From the NCBI RefSeq assembly GCF_009914755.1, contig NC_060945.1: a stretch of DNA of 64,000 nt, one strand, 5' to 3'. This stretch comes from the human T2T-CHM13v2.0 reference genome, Homo sapiens. Under the pieces are notes generated by a model that did not search any database, was not told where the DNA came from, and saw nothing but the letters and a program-made list of their open reading frames with translations. The first letter of the stretch is position 1. Every line of letters begins with the position of its first letter. Below, in pieces: positions 52,420-64,000 of the stretch. The translations under genes and the position numbers were made by a program.

Positions 52420-54295
52420 TAATTTTTATTACGACATAAGACAACTGGTAATATGCAACATGATTGAAAAAAACTTCTTAGTAAATTCATTTTGGCCTTG
52501 GCATAATAATAGACATAAACAAAGTAAGAATTGATAATCTAAAAATAAACTTGTGCATTTACAGTCAATTGATTTTATATAAAGTTAACAAAAGAACAAA
52601 ATCGGAAAAGAATAGTCTTTTCAACAAATGGTGCTGGGACAACTGGGTATCCATATGCAAAAAATAAATAAATTAGGACCAAATATCTTTTTTAAAAATT
52701 AACTCAAAATAAAACAGTTAACTGTAACAGCTAAAACTATAAAACTCTCAGAAGAAAACACTGGCATAAATCTTTGTGACTGCATTTGGCAGTGTTTTCT
52801 TAGCCATGACCCCAAAGGAAAAATGGATTCAATGGACTTCAAAATTGAAAACTGCTGTGCCTGAGAAGACAGTATCAAGAAGTGAAAAGGCAAGACGCTA
52901 AGTAGAAGAAAGTATCTGAAAAGCATATACCTGATAAGCGACTTACATATATAGGATATGTAAAGAACCTTTGCAATTCATGAGTAACAAGATAATTCAA
53001 TTTGAAAAATGGGCAAAGATTTTGAATAGATGTATCTGCAAAGAAGATGTAAAGATGGATAATGAGCACATTAATAGATGCTTGATGTAATTAGTCATTA
53101 GGAAAATGTAAATCAAAACCACATGTGGTATCACTTCACACCACAGGATAAAATCTTTGTTCAATAAAAAAGAGAAAATAAGTGTTAGGAAAAATGTAAA
53201 GAAATCAAAACCCTTATCCAATGCTGCTGGGGATGTAAAGTGATGCAGCCGCTTTGGAAAACAAACTGGCAGCTCCTCAAAAGGTTAAGCATGAAGTTAC
53301 CCTACGACCCAGAAATTCCAGTCATAAGTATATACTCCAGAAAAATAAAAATCATGCAAGCACAAAAACTCATACATAAATGTTTACAGCAGCATTACTA
53401 ATATGAGTCAAAAAGTGGAAAGAACCAGAACGTCCATCACCTTTGGGTGGGAAAGAACCCAAAAGTCCATCACCTGGTGAATGGATAAATAAACTGTTTG
53501 ATGTATCCATACAATGGAATATCACTCAGCAATAAGAAGAAATTAAGTACTGATACTGTATTAGGAGGAGACAGCAAAATGCCTAGGCAGATATGGAAGG
53601 GTCCCTGGAGAATCTCCAACCAGCTCCACAAGTGTTTACACCAGATGTTAAGTGCAGATAAGGGAACCTGGACTTGTCTTGCCTGGACATGCCTGCAGCA
53701 GACCAGAGGCCCACATGCACTGGGGGGATGGGGTGGAGCCACCAGGAATTCATGCCTTATGCAGGGGAGGAGCCTGGCCGCTTCAGCTCATGTGCTCCTG
53801 GTATTCAATTGTGAGGTGGAAACCTGCTTGCAGGACCACTCTCTTTGCTGAGAGCTTTCCTTTCACTTAATAAATTCTGTCCTCCTCACCCTTCAATGTG
53901 TCTGCGTGCTTAATTTTTCCTGGTCATGAGAGAAGAACCCAGATGTAGCTGAACTAATGAGAAAAACCCCACATCAATACCTGCTACAGCACAGATGCAG
54001 CATGAAAAATTATGCTAAGTGAAATAAGCCAGTCACAGTAGACCACTTGCTTTTTATTTCAGAGGCTTATAGGCAAATGTATATAAAGGAGGTTGGTGGT
54101 TCCCTACGGCTGAGGGAGGAAGGGAAAACTAGTGAAGATGGCTAAGTGATGTGGGGTTTGTTTTCAGGGTGATGAAAACGTTCTAAAATTGATTGTAATG
54201 ATGACTGCATAACTCTCTGAAAATACTAAAGTCAATGACTCGTATATTTTAAATGAGTGACTTGCATGGTGTGTTCATTATTTCTCAATAAACCT
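52420..54295 (+). mobile_element. Old L1 (L1MB/MC-like) fragment, split by an LTR insertion
   Basis: agtcttttcaacaaatggtgctgggacaactgg; gaatggataaataaactgt; gggtgatgaaaacgttctaaaattgattgt. Confidence 0.8.
53557..53976 (+). mobile_element. ERV1 solo LTR, MER61-like
   Basis: 420 bp with TG...CA ends, 4-bp TSD ATAC on both sides, AATAAA near 53868, and a cagataagggaacctg...cttgcctggacatgcc motif recalled from MER61. Confidence 0.75.
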
Positions 54296-54524
54296 GTTAC
54301 CCAGCCCCCCCAAATTAATTTGGTACTAGTGGTCTGGAGACAGGTACTGCTTGGTTTCAGATCACTGGCCAGAGTTAAAGACATAAGAGAATCAACAGCA
54401 TGTCCTTTTTATAGAAAAGAGGTTTATATTTTTAAAACTATCCTTTTCATTAGTATCAATTCTGTAAAATTAAATGAAAAATCTTTCTTTGACTGCTTAA
54501 AGCACTGAGAGATTTATATTGAGG

Positions 54525-54870
54525 AATAAGACCTTGTTTTCTTTGGCCCCAATTTCTATCTAAAGGGTCTGAGAATCACACACTTCAAACTATTAAATCT
54601 CATCAGATGGGTTTTATTAACTCTTATAATGTGGCTTACTTTCTCACCTGATTCTGGTACAGCATCACAGAGAGAAGAAGCTGAAGGAAATCAAAATATT
54701 TAACCCCCAAATATATTTTTCTGACATATTTTGAAATGGTTGCTGCAGGGCCAAGAGATTGAAATGGCCCTCATTAAGGTAGCCCAATCTCTTCCCTTCT
54801 AGGTCTTCCCACATCTGGGGAAGATGAACTAAGAGGCTGATGCATTTAAAGTCTGAAAAGATATATTTAC
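54525..54870 (+). mobile_element. ERV1 (MER4-group-like) LTR fragment
   Basis: aaggaaatcaaaatatttaacccccaaatatatttttctgacatattttgaaatgg motif; family uncertain. Confidence 0.45.
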
Positions 54871-54988
54871 CCTCTATTTTCTCAACATATTTTGGCAGAA
54901 TTTGGGTTTTTCTATTATCAATATGTTCCCAAATTATGTGATTTTTAATCCCAAAACTGATTTAAAATTACCATATGTTGGAATATAA

Positions 54989-55460
54989 GTTATTCTGTTA
55001 TAAAGATACATGCATTTGCATGTTCATTGCAGCACTATTCACAATAGCAAAGACATGGAATCAACCCAGATGTCCATCAGTGATAGATGGGATAAAGAAA
55101 ATGTGGTATATATACACCATGGAGCCATAAAAATGAATGAGATCATGCTCTTTGCAGGGACATGGATGAACTCGAAGCTGTTATCCTCAGCAAACTAATG
55201 GAGGAACAAAAAACCAAACACTACATTTTCTCACTTATAAGTGGGAGCTGAACGATGAGAACACATGGACTCGCGGAGGGGAACAACAAACACTGGGGCC
55301 TGTTGGGGTCAAGAGGGAGAGCATCAAGATCAATAGCTAATTCCTGCGGGGCTTAATATCTAGGTGATGGATTGACAGGTGCAGCAAACCATCATGGCAC
55401 ACGTTTACCTATGTAACAAACCTGCACATCTCACACATGTAATCTAGACCTTAAGATAAT
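54989..55460 (+). mobile_element. L1PA/PB 3' end
   Basis: atgttcattgcagcactattcacaatagcaaagac...ggcacacgtttacctatgtaacaaacctgcacat. Confidence 0.9.
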
Positions 55461-55469
55461 TTTTTTTTA

Positions 55470-55634
<165 letters not shown>

Positions 55635-55845
55635 TCAAATATTTTTAAGAGTAAATATTTAATAATTGTTTAAACGATATTATGTTATAGCATATCAAAG
55701 AAACACATCTATAAACTATGATCCTTTCAGTTTCAACTAAGCATAGTTTGGAAGCACTCTATATGAAATTATAATCTTAGATAAATAATATGAAGAACAA
55801 TTTTATGGCATATATGGCAGGTAAAGTGGTATTACAACCATACAG

Positions 55846-56170
<325 letters not shown>

Positions 56171-57052
56171 TAACCGTACACTTTTTGTAAATAAACTATT
56201 CATATCCATGTTGGTATGCTAAGATAAAATAACCTATTACTAAATATAAGCCATAACCTAGAAATGAGTAACCAAGATAAAAAAGTAAAACACATACATT
56301 TGAGAAAGACAAAAAATTACATTTTGATACCCATTCACAGTCTATAAGAAGAAAAAAAAGTACACACAAAAAGCATCAAGGACATTATTCAATGTAGAAA
56401 AAGAGAAGACCAAGAAAGGGGCAGAGAGATGCGTGACGATTTAAAGACTTTGAAGAAGAGATCTAGAGATCTTTGCTGACATAATGTCAACAAAATGAAA
56501 GAGATACAAAACCATGTAGAGAAAGGCAATGACAGAAAAATGTAGATTAGAATCAGAAAACCAATTTAAGTGCTCAGTAAATAAATAGAAAAGTAGCTGT
56601 GTTCAGGGCTTCAAAGACACATTCCATTTTTTTTAAAAAAAATCTGTGATCAAAACATGAATGCTCATTTTACTTTTAAGTTATACATATATTTATATAT
56701 ATATGAAATTTATTTCTGTAAAACAGAAGTTTAATAACATGTATACTTCGTGTATACAACGGAGGTATCTGTGTAAAATGAGTAAATTTCCATGTTTTAT
56801 ATCTAAAAGAAAAAGAAGCAAAAACAAAATATAAGCTATATATCAAGATAAATTTTGATGTTAAAGAATGACACAATAGGTCTTCTTTAAAGAATTTGAA
56901 TGCAGTAGAGGATACTACAAAAGGAAGAAAAGATGACCACAGACAGCAAAAATATCTTCAGAAATAAAAATTCAAACTAGATAATGAAGAGTGGACTTGA
57001 CATTATATGTCCAAGGCTTTGTCATTGTTTTCAAAATCATTAAAGAATAAGC

Positions 57053-57350
57053 GGCTGGGCACGGTGGCTCATGCCACTTTGGGAGGCTGAGTCAGGCAGA
57101 TCACGAGGTCAGGAGTTTGAGACCAGCCTGACCAACTTTTCGAAACCTCCTCTCTACTAAAAAATACAAAAATTAGCCGGGTGTGGTTGCACATGCCTGC
57201 AATCCCAGCTACTCAGGAGGCTGAGGCAGGAGAATTGCTTGGAGGCATAGGTTGCAGTGAGCCAAGATGGAACCATTGAACTCCAGCCTGGGAGACAGAG
57301 GCACTGTCTCAAAAAAAAATAATAAATAAAAATAGAAATAAATAAATAAA
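57053..57350 (+). mobile_element. Alu with internal deletions
   Basis: ggctgggcacggtggctca...gatcacgaggtcaggagtttgagacc; A-rich tail. Confidence 0.92.
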
Positions 57351-57582
57351 TAAGTATAATATTTTGGCATTCAAAAAATTTTCAGATTATGTTGTTTCTC
57401 TTTTATACATATTTTAATACAAATTTTTTTATCCCAACCTTGCCCCAGCAGCTCAGCTGACTCCCAACCCCATGATGCACATGCCTATAAAGTTGTGTTG
57501 TGAGTTTCTGAAATACATTTTAAAATAGAATTCATTTAATTATGAAAATGGAGACATAAAATGAATTTGTATCTCAGTTTTA

Positions 57583-57816
<234 letters not shown>

Positions 57817-58601
57817 TTAAAAATATTATTTCTCATAAGTTGATGAGTAATATGTATTTAGGCAGGGGTATAAAGTGCATTTTATAAGCCTGATGCCAAT
57901 AAGGGCAGATTTCAGAAATAGTCACTTTTCTTAAAACTGCTAAAAATGATACATAATTTCATTATATTTTCTGAAATTTAAACTGCCGAAAATGTTTGTT
58001 ACAAACAAGGGTTTTTACACATAAAATACTAAGGGTTAGTAAAAAATGTGTAGTTATATTTACATTTTACTTTTTAAAGATGCTCTGGAAACATTGTCAT
58101 TAATAGTTTAAGATATTCCAAGTTTTCTTAAATTACATCTAAGAAGATTTTTAGAAAACTCTTATCTATTTTCCATTACATTTTTGATCCTCATCTGTCT
58201 TCAGGTTGAGCTAAATACTGTCATTCTCTGTAAGTATTCACCCACAGGTTTCAGTTTTTCCCTTTCTCTTAACCCTTTCTCTTTAAATAAAGTTTTTTTC
58301 TATAATAAACAAAAACACAACTTTTGTCTACTTTTTGTGGTTTTTCTATTATCCTGTTTCTCCCCTTCCATTGGACTCTGTGACACATGGTCTCATCCAG
58401 AAATCTATTTTTCATCACTTATTGTGTTTTTAATATGGAAATATGATTTTTAATAATTCCAATAAAAAAGTCCAAGGGTCATGAAGGACTTTATCCTGCT
58501 TTACTCAGCAGCAGCTGCGAGCAGTGACCAAATGTTCCCTCTGCTCCTCTGACCCCGCTTCATTTCTAAATGCAGCAACCTCTGTTCTTCAGTCCTATTC
58601 C

Positions 58602-58913
58602 TTTCTGTTTGTTTGTTTGCTTGTTTGTTTTTGAGATGGAGTCCCCCACTGTCACCCAGGCTGGAGTGCAGTGACACAATCTCAGCTCACCGCAACCTCC
58701 ACCTTCTGGGTTCAAGCGATTCTCCTGCCTCACCCTCCCAAGTAGCTAGGATTACAGGCGTGTGCTACCATGCCCGGCTAATTTTTCATATTTTTAGTAG
58801 AGATGGGGTTTCACTATGTTGGCCAGACTGATCTTGAACTCCTGACCTCATGATCTGCCTGCCTTGGCCTCCCAAAGTGCTGGGATTACAGGCGTGAGCC
58901 ACCATGCCTAGCT
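58602..58913 (-). mobile_element. Alu
   Basis: (tgtt)n tail + gagatggagtc...gtgagccaccatgcc. Confidence 0.93.
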
Positions 58914-59097
58914 GCTATTCCACTTTTTAAATTCTCTCAGGACTCCTAAAATCTCAAAACTTTGACCTAGATTCCCTAATCTACATTTCCATCTCTGACC
59001 TTTTTCTTGAGGCCTCTTCCTTCTAGTACACATATTATAGAGAATATTCCAAACCACACGCTCAGACATTGCTACTTGGTGCAGATTACTTTTGTAG

Positions 59098-59604
<507 letters not shown>

Positions 59605-60002
59605 TGAGAATCAGATTATCAATTGTTTGCCTTTGTTTTCTTTTAAAGAGTTTCCTTTTCCATAGAGATATGGCATGATGAAAGTCTTGTTCTAAAGTTT
59701 CTAAAGTTTCTTTCGGGTGACACTCAAATATATCATTGGGAAGCTCCAATCAAGTAGACATCTCCCTTCTTCCCATTTGAGATTCTTCATCTCAAAATGG
59801 TGTCCACCAAACGTCTTCATCCAGATAGTCTCTTGCTTAGAAATTCAGGAGATAAGAACCTTCTTGAGAAGTTAGAGGCTATTGACTGAGATGGTTTAAT
59901 GCTGTCCCTTATTATATGTTTTACTCCCAAGGCAGACATCAAAGTGGCTAATAATACTATGCCTGATGTCTAACTCACTTCTATGGGAATCTATACAAAA
60001 CG

Positions 60003-60313
<311 letters not shown>

Positions 60314-61404
60314 TAACTGGGGACTAACATGAAGCACTTACAAGAGTATGTGGAACATAGTGAGCTACGTAAAATATTTGCTATTAGCATAATAATTTTA
60401 TTGTATATCTTAACAAAATTGTGTATGTTAGGCAGGTGGCATGCCAATGGAAGTAGTCTCCTATAGCTGCACTGAATCATTCTTCTCACCACTGAGAGTT
60501 GCAGCAAATGGGGGGCACATAATTTATAACTTACTTTTCTCTGTGTATGACTCAGTAGGCAATGACTATGTATGTACTACAATGTAAATAGCACCTCCTG
60601 GATGGAATAGTACATAACTGACATGACCAGCAGACAGGCTAAAGACACTGAGCTGAAAACCCTGGACTCTATTGCTAAACCAAGGCTCCTGAATCCGTTC
60701 CCTCTGAGCAACTGTTGCTGTGGTGCTGCCTTCACAAGCACTCTGTGGAGCACTGAGATTGAGGGGCTGTGCTATCCGTCATCAGACAAGCTGCAGCCAG
60801 AACTGTTCAGCTGACAAACTGGGAGCAGTCCAGAAATACAGTAATGGCTGCATAGTGAAAAAAAGCCAATTTAGATTCTTTTTCATAGAGAGAAAAACAT
60901 AAACATGTGATTGAACAAGTCTCCTCTATTAGACTAATTGGTTTAGATTTGATATTTAATTGCTAAAAATACATTTAGAATATAAACCTTACTGTGTCAA
61001 GGTCTCAAAGAACAAATAATTGGTATGGTATAAAGTATTTAATTGTATGCTAAAAACTTCTAAGCTAAAATATTTTCAATTTATGCAAGGATAGGTGCCA
61101 TACATATTATATATTATTGCCCCATTAAGCAAATTTATACTGAGACAAAATTATCTTCCATAAAAAAAGAAAAAGCCATGTAAAATTAAGGACTAAGTTT
61201 TTCTGCACAGACTGGACAACAATTCCTAACACATAAGGTCAGTGAGAGTCAGAACAGTCAGAGAAAGCTTCATAAAAACAAAAAAATTGTCTGCCAGGTC
61301 TGAACAAATGAGACTAGATGAACAGAAACTGAGAAGGCAGAAAGGATAGCATGAGCAAGACAAGTGCTGAAATCTGCCCAATTAACTCTGAGGATAAAGT
61401 CCAA

Positions 61405-61905
61405 TGGCAGGGAAATAAAAACACATGTCCACATAATAACCTCTAAGTGAATGTTTGCAGCAGCATTTTTCATAATAGCTAGAAGTGGAAACTAACCTAA
61501 ATGTCCATCAACTGATGAATGAATGGAAAACCAGTATAGCCATGCAATAGAGTATCATTTAACTATAACAAGAAATAAACTACCAATGTGTGCTAAAACA
61601 TGCATGAATTCTGAAAACATTAAGCTAAGTGAAAAAGCCAGTCACAAAGGACTATGTATTGTCTAACTCTATGTATATGAAATATGCAGAACAGGCAAAC
61701 CTACGGAGACAAAAGTAGATGGTGTTTGCCTACAACAGGGGTAGGTGGAGGGATATGGAGGAAGGTTGCAGTCATGCCTAGGAGATGTGGCATTGCTTTT
61801 AAGGGTGATGAAAATGTTGTGAATATAATAACAGATACTGAATTGTACATTTTAAATGGGTGACCTGTCTGATACATGAATTATATCTCAGTGAAACTGT
61901 TTTTA
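61405..61905 (+). mobile_element. Old L1 3' UTR fragment
   Basis: gaatgtttgcagcagcatttttcataatagc...aaatgtccatcaactgatgaatg...gggtgatgaaaatgtt. Confidence 0.75.
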
Positions 61906-62542
61906 AAATCCAATGACAGGATCAAGATAATTTTCTCAGCTCTCAATTTTTGATGTACATACTATATCAGATCTAAATATTTCTATACTTTTATAGTATA
62001 TTTTAAATAAAAGGTAAATAAAGAAAATGCCTAACTTTTCAAATAGTTTGTAAATTGACATAAAACATGTACATTTCAAAGAATAGTATAATGGCCTTTC
62101 TATACAAGTTAACTTAGAATCTGTGAAATAGACACAGATTCTGTGTCCTTTCACAAAAGTGAAGAAATAAGACAATTTTCTGGAACATTTCATTAAACAT
62201 TGTCCTCTGATTTAATCTGGCCTGCCTCATCATAGCAATACAAAAATTACTTGAAAATATGTTTAACAGGAAAAAAGTCAATTTTCTCTGAGGAATGATG
62301 TATAATTATCAACTTTTCCAAGGGTACATATTGTAAGAGAAAAGGTATGCAATCTTTTTTCAAAATGGTAGAACAAAAGACACAATATAAAAAAAAAGTA
62401 CATTATAAAGATAGTAAAATGGAAATAATTAATTATAATGAAAGTACAAAATCAAGCTTCTGCCAAAATTAGTATCCTAAAACATGTTATATAATTCAAC
62501 CAGCTACAGAATAACTGTTGACATGTTAAATTCCATACATAC

Positions 62543-62689
62543 TTGACCTTCCACTTGAAATAATTTCCTCTTTGAGGCCCGTGTCTCTTCCAAATTAATG
62601 TGACATCATGTACCTTCCAGTGGAGACTCTAACATAGTTAATTTTTTAAGGGAATCAGCCACTTCTTGTTGAAGTTGTCTCACAACCAC
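62543..62689 (-). pseudogene. ANKRD18-like exon (147 bp) with in-frame TGA
   Basis: ttatcag|[48 protein letters not shown]|gtatgt. Confidence 0.85.
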
Positions 62690-63749
62690 CTGATAAAATA
62701 TTTTTGTTACTGATTTTATAAATTGCCTTATTATTAAATTATGTTAATAACATTTAACTCTAACATACCTACTTTGAAAATTATCTCACACACATCAATT
62801 CGCCTTCTTTTCATCACAGGTACACATTTTTATTTATTACTGAATTCAGTGAGGGATGCAGAATGTGTTATCCTCCTGCCAAATTGGTATTCTCTTATAC
62901 AACAGATTCATCCCACCATTCAATCATCTTAGAAGCTCAACTCAACCTCAAAGTTCCTAACATATTCAATCAACTGTTCAAATCCTTTCAACAGATTCCT
63001 GTCTCAGAATAAAAGTAAAATTCCAATGGCCTTTGAGGCCCTAGGTAAACCCCTCTTTAGTCTGAAAATGGGGATATAATGCCTAACTCATAAATCACAG
63101 GCAGCTACAGTATCTTTGTACTGGACAAAGTCATATTCAAATGATAGTCATTGAGCCTTGAAATAAAAATTATGAGCTAATTATTAATAAAAATATTCAA
63201 AGTAAATTATGAATACCAGTGGGAAGACTAAATCAAATATAGTTTTGCTAAAATTTACCACATTTACCCTAAATTATAATTTTATAACAAGTAGGTGCCT
63301 TTAAAACATTACGTGGTCAAAAAATATGTAATTTGAGACTGACATATTTTCAGATTTAAGTTAAATTAATATGAATAAAAATAAAGCTATACCAACTAAA
63401 ATATATAAAAAACTACTTAAAGCAAGATATTACAAGACACAGCAATACACTTCACTTCATCTGGGAAATCTAGAATTAAGTGTTGAAGCAAATCACTTAA
63501 TTAAATTTTAATTTGAAAATACTCATTTCAGGTGTAAACATTTCCATTTATACCTTCATCATGGTCTTAACATGTGGCAACATAAAGACATTAAAATTAT
63601 TATTTCAGCACTACAGGACTATCTACCTTAAAATATGACTCTGTGCCGAATAAAATGTCATAGGTGACACAATGTCTTCTCTCAAAGTAAATCATCTCTC
63701 ACCTCTATGGAAACAAGGTATGTTTCTAAGCTGATGTAATAAACACATT

Positions 63750-64000
63750 TTTCCTTTTTTTTTTAAATCAAAAAGCTTTGTTGAAATATAATTTACATAC
63801 TATAGAATGTATCTGTTTTAACATAAAGTTAAAAGATTTTTAGTACTTTTTCTGAGCTGTGCAGCCATCTCTACAATCCAACTTTAGAGCATTTCCATCA
63901 CTGCAAGATCCCTCACGCCCATTAGCAGTCACTATCAGCTTCCAGCCCCAGCCCTTCACAAACATTAATCTACTTTTTGTACCTATATATTTCTCTTTTC
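63750..64000 (-). mobile_element. Old L1 3' end, antisense, truncated by the window edge
   Basis: agctttgttgaaatataatttacatac...gagctgtgcagccatc...ctactttttgtacctata. Confidence 0.7.

Noticed and set aside
58135-58210. Exon-like segment after gtatttag on the minus strand
   Set aside because: No recognisable homology in the frame examined, which hits a stop.

Overview
Primate (most likely human) segmental-duplication/pericentromeric-type DNA with no intact protein-coding gene. About 1-35,675 is a tandem macrosatellite built from one MaLR (MSTA-like) retroelement on the minus strand. It has about 11 monomers of 3.1-3.5 kb, organised as a 6-monomer 19.56-kb higher-order repeat (A-B-C-D-E-F), then a truncated 3-monomer copy (A'-B'-C'), A'', a diverged terminal monomer and a nearly unrearranged terminal LTR. 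Each full monomer carries the same fixed internal inversions, a fold-back, C-rich tracts and a duplicated LTR/internal junction; monomer C carries an ERV1 solo LTR. Next come a processed SNX18 pseudogene with an inverted duplication, a 95-bp inverted repeat and a degenerate minisatellite (about 35.9-39.4 kb). From about 42.0 to 62.7 kb lie the 3' exons of an ANKRD18/ANKRD20A-family paralogue (minus strand, two in-frame stops), with introns full of Alu, L1 and LTR fragments. Repeat-family names are from recognition of consensus sequences, not a database search. Tandem LTR arrays of this general type have been noted in human pericentromeric duplications, so novelty claims concern the internal architecture only.
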